A stretch of DNA of 64,000 nt from Hydrolagus affinis (taxonomy: Eukaryota). The position numbers and the translations under genes are program-made. The notes below the pieces were generated by a model that had not been told where the DNA came from, did no database searches, and was given only the letters and a program-made list of their open reading frames with translations. Position 1 is the stretch's first letter. Every line of letters begins with the position of its first letter. Location: the NCBI GenBank assembly GCA_012026655.1, contig JAAILG010001201.1:1-64000 (forward strand). Reading direction: 5' to 3'. Below, in pieces: positions 11,481-26,199 of this stretch.

Positions 11481-11845
11481 TTTTAAACCAGGTCAACTTC
11501 TCATACTATATATATATATATATATATAGACACTCATACACACACTTCATCCTTTGCACTTTGAATACTACAGCTTATTGTCTTTACACATCCCTTCACT
11601 TTGACATTATTCTGCTACATGTAGGCTACACCCTTAAGTAGTTGATTACTAGCCAAATGTATTCTGCACCAGTGATGTATTATTGTCATAATATAATGAC
11701 ATATGGTGATATGTGAATTCTATCCATTAGGGTAATCAAACAACAAATCTATTGTGATAAATCAACATAACATTTTAAGAACCGCTAGATAATGAGAACT
11801 ATTTTTATCTTAGTCAAATGTCCAGTAAAACTATTAATGTAAAAC

Positions 11846-11990
11846 TCAATCCACAACTGTTTGTGCACAATTGGCTGTCGCATTTCACCCACAAACATAC
11901 AGTCAATTAACTCTACATATTGTGTGAAGCATTCTGCGATGTCTAGAAGTTGTGAGAAGCACTATATCAAATGCAAGAATTATTATTATA
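11846..11990 (+). mobile_element. SINE 3' half
   Basis: caatccacaactgtttgtg...atcaaatgcaagaattattatta. Confidence 0.8.
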
Positions 11991-12314
11991 TGGGTGGAAC
12001 GTCAATAATCTGACACGGTTGGGACCAAGCCAACTCCCGGATTTTGGAGTTTGCCGGTATTTAGAATCCTATCCTGGCCTAAAATTGCGTGACTTTACCA
12101 ATGTTGTTTTATTTACCTGATATAGTTTTCATGTGTTATTTAACATGATTTATGGGTATAAATATATGAAGAAATAAGTGTTAAAAAAAAATGTAATTGT
12201 ACGGTTTTAGAATTTTTTTTACCTACGACAGGGCTAGCGTAACATGACCATAGGATCATGACCGGTTTTAGGGAGAGCCCGCTTTCAGATTGCCGGATTA
12301 TCAATGTTCTACTG
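11991..12314. mobile_element. Tc1/mariner (Tigger/pogo-like) MITE
   Basis: The right end GCCGGATTATCAATGTTCTACTG|TA mirrors the degenerate left end GTGGAACGTCAATAATCTGAC. Related to 7464-7796. Confidence 0.65.
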
Positions 12315-15009
12315 TACCTGTACTGCATTATTATAATGACATTTTGCAGTTGCAACTACCATTGCATCACCAGGGTCTTTGCAGCCTTTACAAGATTATA
12401 AAAAAGGATGGAATGAAGAAAGTCCTTCAGCTCATTTGATCTTCTAATTTTAATGCGTTCAGTGTAAACTGCATGGGAAATCTGATGTTTTGATAAATCT
12501 TTGACTAAAAAATATTAATTGAAATAAAATCTGTCTTAAATGTCCTATCATGATCTAATTGACAAAGTACAGTGCTGCTCTCATGAATTGGACAATGATA
12601 TTAATTGGCTCAAAAAGACGACTCATAAGATCCTTTTGGGGGTTTTAGATCTAATGACTCCTGTGAAGGAAGAGTGAGTAATTGTGACTGTATATACAGC
12701 ATCGCTCTGTTTCCTTGCCTTTACTGTGGAAACATCACATGGTGGAAGAATGAGAAGAGTGGAACTTTGCAGGTGCTGCCCCATTCTCTTACTCACCATC
12801 TAGATGCACTCCCACATGATTAGCTAGGCCCTCACAGGCTCTATGCTTGTGGGTTTGTCCAGAGGAAGTGGTCTAACTTCCACCCTTGTGTTCAGTAATT
12901 GCAAAAACTATTTTTAAACATTGCACTGAAATAATACAACAGGTTATTTCTTTCCTTGATGTGAATCTATGAGGCTTTGAGTCATTATTTAGCTCTAGTG
13001 TCAACTATTTGTGAAAAAACAAAGGTAAACTGATATGATATGATCTAACAGAGCAGCATTCTAGTTTATATAATACTATAGCATTATAGTATGCTCAGTG
13101 TAGAACTTGCTGAGTAGCCCTCAATGACTATTCATAATATTATTTTGTGGGGCTGTAGGTGATCTTTCCTTGCCCTCCCCCCACCCACCCCACCTCACCA
13201 CCACTCAATACCCACACACAAAATATTGCAGGAAGACAAGAGTTCTGGGAAGAGGTGAACAGTGGTGTGATTACAGGCCTGAGGATGTGTCAGTACAAGA
13301 CACAATTCAAAATTACTTAATTAAATATAAAAATTACAGCTTTTTTTGTTGTGCCAAATAATACAAAGCACAACTGTATTTGCAGAATGTTAACCCTGCT
13401 ATGAGCAAATGTAAATAAGGTTAGTCACTTTTATTACTATGTTAATGATATGCTAGTGCATAATATCATTGTGCACAGGTGGGTGCCCAGTGCCTTTTTT
13501 ATTGCAGAAAGTGGCAATTCTAGTATGTTAGTCCAACATTATATACCTAGGCCACCAACAGTACTTTGCGGCTGGTAACACAGCTACACTAGAAGGACCA
13601 AAGCAGAGTTACCCAGGCCTTGTAGTGGAACACCCAGTTAGTTGGGTGATTAAAATCGACCTACATCCTCTCTTGCTAGAGTAATAGTGAGTAACCTAAA
13701 AACGGATGAGAAGCAATAAAAAACACTAAATGGAGGGATGGGATATGTATTATACTGGCTCTCTGATTGGACTAAAGTAATTTTTGTCTCGCTCTGTCCA
13801 GTGGACATTTCAAGCAGGAATACACACAGAAACTGGCTACACAGCTACAGTAGAAGGAATGTCAATCTCTGAGAACCACTTTAGCTCATTTTTCTTAATG
13901 GATCTTTAACGCAATATATATCTAAAAAGAATAGACCAATTCAAAGAAGGGGTTAATGCTGAATATCACTGAAATTGTTGGTATATATAAATCAGCAATC
14001 AGCACTTACAGCATATCAAGCCCTGAAAATGCATTGATTCCAGCCTGCTCTCTTGGGAAGTTAATGAGTTAAAATTTCAGTATTACTATCTATTCAAACT
14101 GGTTATGTACAGTTGGATTGGGATCAGAGTTGCTGCCACATGAGTACAGTGGCATTGCCGAGCTCGTGTGGGAAGCAGGCAGGAACAACATCAACGATTT
14201 ACATTTCTATAGCACCTTTCACATCAGGAATACATCTCAAAGCCCTTCACGCATAGACTAGTGCAACTTCTACTTCATCGTTAATGCACTCTCACTTGTG
14301 ACTGAGTGGATTTGAGTAGGGGCAATAGATGAGGTCATCTTTAAATCACACTTTCACCTTTTTATTGTGTGTATTATTAATAAATATAAACGGCATGAAT
14401 ATGAAACACACTGTGGTTGCCAGAGTAACACTGTTGAAAGAAAGTTATAGATTAACCAGCCTTTGAGTCGGTGGGATAGTTTTGTAGCTATATCAGCACT
14501 CTGGTACCTACTGCTGGGATAGTGGTGGTTTCAGTTTCATGTTAAAGGCTCCAATGATGTATCTCATGTGTCAGAAGGTATAAATGAATGGATATCCAGT
14601 CAACACTCAGACCACATCACACTCACAAACAATTGTGTCGTAATGTACTGAGTAGATGGTTTCTTTCAGAAATGCTTTTGATGTTGCTCTCTGGAACTCC
14701 ATCCTGGAATCTCTCGTACCCACTCCCTCTCTGCCAATATATTATGGTTCATTCCATCAGGATCCCTGGATAATTAATCAGGTGTAGGAACCTTGGTCAA
14801 CGTTCCCAACATCTTTCTGGCACAAGAATTCTAAGGCTAATTTGTATCCATCACCTACATATCCTGGCAAGGTAAACTAACTCAATGCAGTTCAGGGACT
14901 GAGCCTTGGGTCGTTATTATGTATGTTTTAATTCCAGTCTGCAGCACCAATCTTTGGTAATGTGTGCTTTATAATCGAGGGAATATATTTGTGGCTGACA
15001 TCACCAAAG

Positions 15010-15371
15010 AAGGGTTGCCACCTGTCTGCTTTTTAGCAGGCCCGGTCATTTTTTGCACTGCTTTTTGCCGGTAAAAAGCATTAATGTGCCGATTTTTTTT
15101 TAATAGTGATTATACTGTACCGGGATTCATGCGTTCCTCTCTTTTCCTCACCATACATTGTTTTTACCAAGATTACCAACTCCACTCTCACCACCATTGC
15201 AGGTCACGCTTCTACCAAGATGGCTGCCCTGTCCTCTTGCCTCACCACCATTACAGATCATTGTTTTAGCAAGATGCCCGTCACCTCCTCCCCTACCAGA
15301 CAAAGCACTGCCTTTATCAAGATGGCCGCCCTTTCCACCCACCAACATTGCAAACAATGGGGGCAACCCTA
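15010..15371. mobile_element. Non-autonomous hAT (Blackjack-like) element with internal tandem repeats
   Basis: TIRs AGGGTTGCC / GGCAACCCT. The 8-bp flanks CACCAAAG / TACCAAAC match 6/8. About four degenerate ~45-55 bp internal units. Confidence 0.65.
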
Positions 15372-18300
15372 TACCAAACACACATTGTGTAAACTACCTG
15401 GGTTTTCAGCCTACTCATCTGCTTGGTACAACACCTACCCACTATGCTATTCAATAGCTTTTATTTTGTGTTTCTCCTATTTCCCCCCACCTCCCTCCCC
15501 TCCACTCTGCTCTGTGGCTCTTAATTTCTCTCTTTTTTAATTGTTCTGTCTTTTTTTGTTTCCCTCACTTCCTCTTCTTTTCATTGTTGACTTTTTTTGC
15601 CACCCAAGAATTTTTGCCTTTTCCATGAACTCCAAAAATTCCCCTTTATCATATAACTCCTTTTCCAATAACATCAAATTCATACACTTATGAATGTCTT
15701 AAACCTCTGATTTTAAATAGTTTCCAGTCCAATCCTGTAGTTTCCAGTCACTGGGACATAGATAAAGGAAGGAACATGATGTTTGTCTTGTAGAACAGTA
15801 CTATGTGTTAGAATTGTTTTGCGGTGTGTGTATGTGTGTGTGGTGGGTGTGGGGGGGCAGGGGGTTTAAGTAGATTGTGTTCATGTGAATCTTGAATAAT
15901 TGAAATTCTTTATTTTATTATCCATTATCAACATTGTTCGTGTTCCACTTTAGATTTTTCTATTTACACAGTATTCAATATGATATTTGTTTGACACAGC
16001 AGCTTGTGTTCAATTCCTTTTTTGAAATGACACTCACATTCGTGCTGTACATATTACTTCTGCTAGTGTTATGTTTTGAGGTCATCTCCCAATGACAGCT
16101 GTGGCCTTTCTTCAGTCGCATTATGTATCCAATAATTATCAGTGGCCGAAACACTTATTAAGTGAGCCCCACCTGCTGGACACGTATCTCTATTGCACCT
16201 GTCAAATGACATTCTTAAAAGCAAAGATTATTTATTTTTAAGGAAAAATCCTTCTTAGCTCGGGTGACTGATGAGACACGGAAAAAGAACTAATAATAAT
16301 TATTTGCCTGTTTTCCAGATTATTTTAAACACTTAAATTTATTTTTGGACATAGCGTACCTCCAAAGGTTCTGTCTGATCTGAAATTCATAGTGCACCAT
16401 GCTTCCTATTGCATTCATAATTCCCGTTCAATTCATAAGTCCAGTGACATGGAACAATGCATCCATATTTCCCAATAGGATTGAGTAATGAATATAATAA
16501 TGTGTTATAATATAATTGCTGGACTTCTAGTATGGGAGCAGATATCTAAGAGGATGGCAAAACTTTGAATGATGTGTATATTGATCAATAACACATTCAC
16601 TCTAATATTTACTCTCCCAGATACACCAAAACAATATCCAAATAATGTATTTTAAAATGTTCTGCCAATGTTTGGACAATGGAGGGGTAGTCGTCACGAA
16701 TAAAGATCGCAGGAATGATTCCCAAATTAGATGGGAGCATACTAACTTCCACTGAATACTTTGCTTGAGCTGGAGTTTGTCTCAGAGATCCAAAAGGACT
16801 GATAACAACAAAACACAACAAAATTACATTTGTGTAGCACCTTTCACATTGGGAAGACGTCCCATGGTACTGGAAAGATGAAGGTCTATAATTTTTGCTT
16901 GAAGCTAGTTTTCAATGCAATTGGCTTGACGGACAGTTGTTCCTGTTGAGGTGTATTTATAAGTAACAAACTGTTTTTTGGCTTCTGGACCACTACTATA
17001 CCAAACTTGTTTGGACTGACATGTTGTTTGACAATAAAGCTGAAAGTAGAAATAGTGAGGGTCATATTCGGTGCTGTTTTTTTTCTTTCGGATGCATTAT
17101 GAAAGAGATTTAAATAATATCTCAAGTCCTTTGAGATTTTTGAAAGCAGTTTAAAATACACACACACTGTTGCGAACATGAGTCGCTTATTTATACTGAA
17201 TTCGATGGTTTACAAAATGGAAATCTGGTTTTATATATATGTATGAAATTTTATTTTTTATAGAATTAGCTTTACACAAAATAATTTTTCACTTGTGATA
17301 ACAAGAAATTTGTCTACAATGTGAAACCAAAATATAATATTCTGAGGACTGATTGACCTTGGTTACTTGTAACCAAGAATACTGTGGGAATGGTAAAATG
17401 GAAACCATGGATACAGGTGAATAAAAAACAGATGACTGCTTCTTGTTTGCATTTGTTATGACCAGATGTATATGTGTACTTAAGTAGAAGAACAACTTAT
17501 AAATTACAGTTTAAGATGATCTACATCTTCATAAAATTCACAGTGGCATCTTAGCAAAATAATGGAAATGTCAAAATAGAAGTACTGTATGTTGGTATGA
17601 ACCTACCTCATATGGATAAGCAGTAAAATAATGAGTTCTCGCAATATTGGATCTGCCAAACTAAGACTTTGCTTGTTGCCATATTTCAAAAGAATGACAA
17701 GAGTAAATATGTGTTATTTATAGCTTCCATAGAAAGATGTTAACATGACAGTATCTAGCAGTCCCTTCTTTTCTGCCAAGTGAAGACAAATATGATTTGA
17801 TCTCAGCTGGCACAGAATCAGGCTACGCTTAGCTTCTCCATAAAATGTTGATTTCATCTACATTGGGCTAAGTGCTGTATTTAGCATTAACTATATAATT
17901 ATCATCAAGCTTAGCTTGCAAAACAACTTTCTGTATAGCCAGTGGGTTACAGATAATATGTGAAGACTTTTTTTGACATAATAGATTTTCAGCAGGAGTG
18001 GCACAGTATTTTATGATGCTGTATTTATTATTAGGTATCCATAAAAATTTGTAGCTACTGGTAATTTAAAATCTTGTATTAGCTAACATTGATTTACCAG
18101 TTAAAGCAGGGCACCATCTAGGGGCTTGAAGGCACGTGTGGTTGCACGTCAGAGCTAGTTTGCATATGGAAGAAAGACAATTGTGAAACCACAACAGAAA
18201 CCAATGGTCTGTCTGTGTTCACCCATTACATCTTGGCAGAAAGTGAATTTTCCAGTTTATCTTGACAGTTATGGGCTGATACAATCCAAGATTACCAGCT

Positions 18301-19489
18301 GTTAGAGTAAGTGATTCTTTGGATGTGAATGATTATTTGAATGCTCTCAGGATAAATCCTTTATATTCATGTAAAACAGAAACAAATATTTCACACATGT
18401 GCATTCCACTGCATCTGGTATTCCAGAACTAATTTTAGATGTGCTGATTGCTTGAATAGAGCAGTGTGTCCTCACAATTCTTTCAGTTATAGTAAATAAA
18501 CTCTTTTGACACTCATGATCTGCTGCAGTTCACAAGTGCCAGTTGGATATCCTTTGCATTATGTTGACATTCCCATAATACTGATTATTTTATTTTTACT
18601 GTTTTATGTGTACTATTACTCCTGCTTTTTTAAGTTCCATAATATGAATTGCATTCTCAAAATTGTCTCTCAATTACCACATCCTACAAGGCATACTCTG
18701 GGCTTTACATTTCAAACCTTACAGATACCGGTGATGCACTTCTGTCCGTGTCCAACTAAAGGCCATTGATCAAAGGCCTTTGATATTTAAGGTCACATAT
18801 TGACTTAAAAAAGGCAATAAATCCTTAAAATATCCCTTTTGATATACCATTACTTACTACCCCTTGTGAACGTTCTAACACAGTGCCAGTATTTGTGAAC
18901 CCCTGCTGGTGAAGATTAATGTAAGCAGGATGTGTGTTATGACTTATCAATGACATAGGAGTAGAAGGGTGATAATGTTACTTACAGGTTTCCAGGATTC
19001 AGGTCACATTTTTAAATCACAGCATTTTGATGTGGGCTCTGACATTAAAGTTACATTAAATCCAACATTCAGACTCCCACTGACATCACAGAACAATGAC
19101 AGGCAATGGAAAAATAGTCAAATATTATCTTCTTCTGGCACCAGTGTGTTGCTTTTGCTATAGGCTTGCACTGACCATAATACTAGTATCACTTCCCATG
19201 AAAGTCGAATTAGAGAAAATATCTACAGCATAGCACAATCACAAATCACATGCATTGAGTAGAGGTCTCTGCTTCTTAAAGGAAGGTGGGGAAATAAAAA
19301 GAAGCAGAGGTAGTGGTGCTGGTGGTGTTCCTTCACACTCTTCTCCTTTCATCACTGATTAGAGAACAACACTGTTCTCAATAGGAACAGGTGACACCTC
19401 TATTGATGTGAAGCCCCAGATTTATTTATGGAGTACAAAGTAGATCTGGAAATAGGAGAAAGAGGAAAAAAACAATCTTTACATTTGAG

Positions 19490-19770
19490 ATAATAATCCC
19501 TGCGTTTGATTTATCAGGGTGTGGAGACATCTCAATGTGCTTCATAGGATATACTATAAAGTGTATTGACTATGTATTTTGTGGATGCAACTAGTTGCGC
19601 ACAGCAATGTCCTACACACAGCCATGGAATTAAATTTTTTTATTTGTGGGAATGTTGCCCAGGACAATGGAAGAAACTCCCTACTCTTTTCAAATATTGC
19701 CACGGGTTCATTAACATAAACCTGAAGGCAAGTGGGACTTAGGTTTAACGTCTCACATGAAGGACAAGAC
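19490..19770 (-). mobile_element. Older Deu-domain-like SINE fragment
   Basis: taataatccctgcgtttg tail and ggaatgttgcccaggaca...ggtttaacgtctca central block. Confidence 0.65.
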
Positions 19771-21675
19771 CACAGAGCCATTCATGGTGGGAGGACATTT
19801 TGAACCACTTCACTGGACTCACCATTAAGCACAATTAATTTTATTTGGTAGGCAAAGTTTATGTCATTAAAATCACGGCAGGCAGAGAAATACCTGTTAT
19901 TATTATATAAACAAAAATGGTGATGATGTGTGTGCCAATCAGAAGGATTCATAAAAAATCAACTTCTGATGTTCTTCAACCTAACTCGGCTCTAATTTGC
20001 TATATGGCTGCTTGTGTGACAATGCCGTGTGCACAAGAAGTTGTCGCATTTGCCTACGAAAGAAACAGTCACTACATTTTACAATCTTTCCTGTGAAGCG
20101 ATTTGAGACATTGCCCTGATTTGAAATACACTGTACCAGATGTAAGGATTATTGTTGTAATTCATTACTCGTTTTGTTCTTCTGTTGCCCATCCATGTTA
20201 TAGTTTCACTTCTATGTTGTACATCTTGTAGACATTACTGTACATTTAATTACAGGAGAGGAAGTGGGTCTCACCCAATCACAAGTAGAATACAAAGCTG
20301 CCACCATTGAGTCACCCATCAATCTCTCTGATTAACCAATCAGAAAAACCTTCCACAATGGCAGTGTACTCTGAATGGCTAAAAGACCTTTTACCACAGT
20401 AAATTTACAACACATTCAGCACCACATCAAAGCAACAAGATGCAGGAAGGAACTGGTGCAGGAAATGTTGAATTAGCAGAAGAAGAAAAGGAAAATATAG
20501 GAACTGAGACACGAGAGAGAGAAAAAAACAACAAAGAGACCACTCAAACTATTGAAAGATTTTAAGGTCTTAAGAAAAATCAATGACAAATGTTCCAAGT
20601 CTACCTTCCACATTATGTTGTCAACCTCACCACCAGCATTGAGCAGGGCATTATAGTGCATTGTTTTCCAGTACAGTATTAAATGTAATGTCAATCTTAG
20701 ATTCTTTTTAAAAAAAAGTATGAATCTTTCGTATGAGAGGAATGACATCATGAATCAGAGTGAATTGTTATCACAGGAACATATCTTTGAGGTCTGTGGC
20801 CTGAGCACAAGAACCGCGTGTTGACGAGCACTTCTGCCTAGGGTTATGTTTTAAACGGTATCTCAAAAAAAATGTATCTTCCATTCAGTCGAATCTGTTT
20901 CTTCCATTCAGGTAAATATTTTGAGAGGTAATGAATTCACATTAATTTGATACAGACCTTGTGGCTGTAAATTGCACGAGCACTAACTTTAAATTCTTAG
21001 TTCCCTAAATAATTTGTTACTATCTGACTGGAGTACTAATTATTTGTAGTCTACATTGGTTCCAGTTCTATCCTCCCCATTATTCTGTCTCATACCCAAT
21101 GGTGTCCGTGTATGGATTTCAGGTGAGGATAAGATCATTTTTGGCACCTGCAAGTTGAAAGCCTGCCCCAACACTAACAGGTCTGGAACAGAAAATCAAC
21201 AATGAATTTTGCAAAGTGCCTTAGGGTGACTGACGCATGAAATTATCCCCCGACAAGGGGTCCACGCCTTTCAGAAAGGTGTGGAGGCGGCATGGAATGT
21301 CAACCTAAATAAATTTGGCAAGGAGAAAACTGTAAAAATTTGATTGATATCTTAGCACTTTACAATGAATTTTCAATTATTTGGGGGCAGTATAGAATCA
21401 ACGGGTTTTCATCAAGATATCAAATTACTCCATTTTTTCCACTTTTAATTTAATCAAGTAAAACAAGAATAAAAAGAATAAAATCAGGGGATGAGATCAG
21501 TGATGTGATAATGGAATATGTATCCCTCCTCTTTACCAGCCAATCAGAATAGACTACATCCTGGCTTCAATGTCAAGTTGGCTCTAACCATTAATTTAAA
21601 GGCAAGCTTTCTTGATGACCTCTAATGTGGATTAGGTCTTGATCATATTGCCATACCATGTGTATTTAACAGAGA

Positions 21676-21972
21676 AATAATAATAATCATAATCCTTGCA
21701 TTTGATAGAATGTTTCTCACATCTTATTGATGTCTCAAAGCGCTTCATAGAATATACTGTAAAGTGAATTGACTGTATATTTGTGGGTGAAACGTGACAG
21801 CCAATTCCGCACAGCAGTGTCCCACAAACAATCATAGATTGAAAACGACTAATATTTATTATTGTGTTTTTTTGGGGGGGATTGATTATTATTAGGCGTG
21901 TGGAGTAAGGAAACTTGCTCAAGGTTTTGCTCTGATCTGTCTGGATTCGAACACGGGTCTCACGCTTGTAAG
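21676..21972 (-). mobile_element. tRNA-derived SINE
   Basis: Reverse family copy with B-box (ggattcgaac), truncated before the A-box. Confidence 0.88.
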
Positions 21973-22002
21973 AAATGGTTGTTTCACAAATTTATTAGAA
22001 TA

Positions 22003-22290
22003 AATAATAATCCTTACATTTGATATAGCGCTTTTCACATTCTAGACATCTCAGAGTACATTATAAAGTAAATTGTATATTTGTGGGTGAAACATGGCAG
22101 TCAATTGCGCACAGCAGTGTCCCACAAAGAGTTGTAGATTGAGTGACCAATTTATTCTTATTTTTTCTTGAGGGATTATTATCAGGCATGTGGAGTAAGG
22201 AAACTTTCCCAAGGTTTCACCCTGCCGGGAATCAAATCCGGGTCTCGTGTTTTCAAGGCGAGTGCTCTAACCACTGAGCTACAGGACTCC
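22003..22290 (-). mobile_element. tRNA-derived SINE, full length
   Basis: Reverse family copy ending gctctaaccactgagctacaggactcc. Confidence 0.9.
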
Positions 22291-23909
22291 TCAGTATTGG
22301 GTGGGGTAGGATCAAGTATAATCCTTCCGTACTGGTGTAAGAATATAACTTTGGAGAAAGTTAATCTTTAAATTCAAATTACTTCCAAATCCAAGACTCG
22401 AGCGACCTTCGCTCTAAATTGAGGACTTTTGCGACTTTATCAAAGAGGCAAAAACTACCTTTGTCTTTTTTCTTAAAACATAAAAAAAAATTGGGAAAAA
22501 GAGAAAAGGCAAGTTACATGAAAGTGCTACAGATCAAAGAGAAGTCCTCAACACAGAGGGATCTTTATTAGACAGAGGTCGCATTCACATCGTCAGACTC
22601 TGGGTGACTTATCAAAGTGGTGATCTGAATAAGTAGTATTGTCAACTCTCAACTGCAGCCACAGCTGTGGTCCAAGGTTTTGTAGATATCCATCCATTGG
22701 ATTTTTGTATTTATCTGGGGGATAAGTTAGAGAGTAGCCAACGCCAAACAATCTGCCTTTCTCAATATAGCTAATGAAAGACGTAATGGATTTTCGTGTG
22801 CAGTAAAATCCCACATCAGTCCAGTTGAGTTGAAACTTGCAGCAGAGGAAGTCTGTGGGCGGCTGGGCTGTAAAGTGGAGAGAGCGCGTCACTGCAACAC
22901 GTGGAAACATTGTCAGTTTCTCACCAGAAATGGAGAATTTTACGTTTCTTCTGATAATAAGACTTTCCACTCCTTTGGGATAAGTAGTTGGTAAATAATC
23001 GGGGTGGTGGTGGTGGTGGGGGGGGGGCGGGGTTAAATGACTTTTAAGATCTGATCTGTTGATTTGTTTATATATACTGTATTATAATAATATATATTTT
23101 TAAAATATTTTTTTTAAAAGGGTACACTTCAGATCGTTTAATAAGTAATTCATGCAAATTGAAACGAAGCCATAAACTTATCCAAGTGTCAAGTCTAAAA
23201 TGATAAGTGATCTAGCCATCGCTTAACTTTTGATCTCTTTCGGTCCCTTTTCAACTTTTTTTTTGGGTGGGAGTGGGGAGGGAGTCAGAAAACAAATGTT
23301 CTTCGCATTTTACTGAACATCATACGTGAGTTGTGTAATTTGACTTGATAGATTGCTAAATCTGTGCCTTGGCTGCCTTGGAGGTAAACACACCCAGAAG
23401 AACAATTGCTTTGGTCACACATTTTTTTTGAAAATATATATATATTCCCCTCCCCCCCACCCCACCAACACCCCCCACCCCCCAAAAAAGAATGATGTGG
23501 CAATCTTTCTCAGAACGATGTGATGTGTACAGTGTGTGTGTGTGTGTGGGGGTGGGGGGGTGAAAGTTAATAAGTTAATTGAATGGAGAAAGTCTAAATA
23601 ACTCATCAGATTTTCAGTGAACTCACTGGATTACAAAGAAACAAGTTTCCTTATTGCCTGATCAGGCTGCCTGAAACACTGTATACACAGGCAAGATCTT
23701 TCACAGATTTTCTTGTGTGTTTTTTCTAGCCTGGTGTCTTGAGTGGTGCCTTTGCACTGCCTGCAGTGACATCTACAGTGAATGCCATTTCAGTTAAGCG
23801 GTTTTTTGATAGTATATTTAGATTCTAACGTGACAGTGGTTAGAGAGGCATTCTACTGAGTTCTAGAGGGGAAAAAATGCGAGAGGAACCAACTACAAAT
23901 CACTTTCGT

Positions 23910-23970
23910 TCACTCTCTCACTCTCCCTATCTGTCTCTCTCTCTTTCTCTCTCTCTCTCTCACACACACA
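23910..23970. repeat. (CT)n(CA)n microsatellite
   Basis: Seen directly. Confidence 0.9.
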
Positions 23971-26199
23971 GCGCAAACTGTAGACTATATTGCGATTGTT
24001 TCTCAGTATCTATCCGATTATCCTTAACTCGGCCCCCTTGTCTTTCTTCCTTTCTAGTGTTACAGTTAACAGGATCCAAAGCAGCACAAACGTGCTCATT
24101 ACCAATGACTGCCTAGAAATATTGAGCATCAAATAGGGCCCAACACAAGTGTTCTCAATGTTTCAAATATTAATTATGTTTTATTCGACTTGTGAAGGCC
24201 CTGTTGTGTTATTGAGAACATCTGGTGGGTGCCAGATTCAATTGGAAACACTATTTCCAGTTTTCCCATTTGGTAAATACTGTAGTTACTTTGCCTCTTT
24301 TTAATTTTACTCGCTGTCACTTGTTATTTTCTGGCATGTTCTGCTCCTAGACTCTTCGACCTGCCACTGCTTGGAAGATAGTAACTAGGCTACACAATGT
24401 TCTTCAGCCTGTAAGTAGGCCATATGGGAATTCTTCATGTGGAGGGAGTATTATCACTGCAATCATGTGTCTCACAATTCAACCTGTTGAGATTTGTTTC
24501 CTTTACAAACAGCTGGGGTTCCCAACTCAACTAGGATTGCTATTTGAGCATCTTGAGGCTGCTGAAGCAAGGAATTTGCCCATTTACTTTCAAGGACAGA
24601 ACGCAAGGATCAGAGGCAACTGGGAAGACCAGCTGTTCCACACCATTTCTGACTACAAACTCTCCCTGATTTATAGATGCCAACTACTTTACTAGCCACG
24701 TGAACTGAGCTGATAGCTCCATGCACCCAGGACCAGAAAAAGTTGTGGTGAACAGTATTTAGCTCCTTTGCTCGGTGCCAGGAGGAGGTAGCAAGACGAC
24801 ATGATGTGGAGACGATAATGCTGACTTACTTATGAGTACAGTGCTTCCAATGACCAAGCCATTCTTGGAATGTAAAATAAATAGCTTAGTCAACTCATGG
24901 CTGCCAGTAAAAACATTGGAATTTGCCTGTGTGTTACTTCATATTCCCAGGAATTTTTTTTACTCACTTTTTGCTTGTAACCAATTACTATTTCGGCCAT
25001 CTATGATTTTTTTTTGCCTTACAGATGCTGCTGCCTCAACACGTTTTCTTCTCTCGGCTTCTAACCGATTGAACAGCAGAAGTTCACAAAAAATGAAACC
25101 CTCTTTTCTTCCTCCACCACAATGCTCTATACAAGCTTTAATAGGCTTCTCCTTTATAAATGTGATTTATTGAAAAAAAGCATTTGAATATAACAGGGCG
25201 AGGCAGTGCCCTTGGCCAACTATTCAGTTGAAGGCTGCCAGCTTCCTGCAGCAGAATTCAAGGTGTGGGAAGAGTGTGAAACAGCAAGCACATATAGAAT
25301 ATTATCACTGTCACTCTTATTTAAAATATCCTATTTTATTTTAATTGGCCTCATTCTTTAATTTTTTTTCCCATTTATATATGATTCTTATATGGAAGGC
25401 GCTATATAAGTGCAATTTTGTTATTATTTTGTTTGGCCTTTTTCTTCTCTCTTTTTCATCTTTTTGACACCTTTAATTTGCCTGTCATGCGGGACGTGGT
25501 CTCGGAGCGCTTCACAATAACGAAGCCCAAGGCCGAGCTAGGGGGAGGGGGATGGTAACCTTAGGTTCAGTCGAACAGAAAGCTCTTATTAAAGTTTGTG
25601 CTGTAAACACACACAGGAAAGCAAAATGTTCACTAATCCCAGAAGAAGTGTAAAGATTATGTCAACGGTGACCAACCTTTCTGGTTGAATATTTCTTCAT
25701 ATATGGCTGCGCCATCATAGCTACTGGAAACAAGGCATTGATTTGGAATGGACTTACCTGGACAGGTATGAATGTTCAGCGGGCTGCTTTGTGATTGCCC
25801 CAGAGGCCATAGGTTGGCCTCCACTGGAGAATTTCAATGTTATATGAGCTACCAGGACTAACCAGAAAAAATAAGCTTCTTACAAATAGATATCTCAAAG
25901 GAACCTTATAGGGAGCAATACTATTGAGGAGAGTTAATAGACTGACCTATTTTACCTTAAGAGTTAAATTTCTATTAGGTACCTGGGTCAGATGGGATTC
26001 ACGTTAGAATCCTCAAGGAAATTAGAGAAAACAGGCAAGACGTTCGTATCTGTATTTAATTTTAAGGGACATTAAGATGTCCTTATTACGGAATTAGTTT
26101 CAATTAAAAAAACACAAAAAAGTAAAAGATGTTTAGGTGGGACACAATATGTTATAAGGATACAGAGAAAGCAAAGCAGAAAAACACATCCAGATATAT

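Noticed and set aside
15106-15540. 144-aa ORF with repeated KMAALS
   Set aside because: It arises from tandem repeats inside a hAT MITE.
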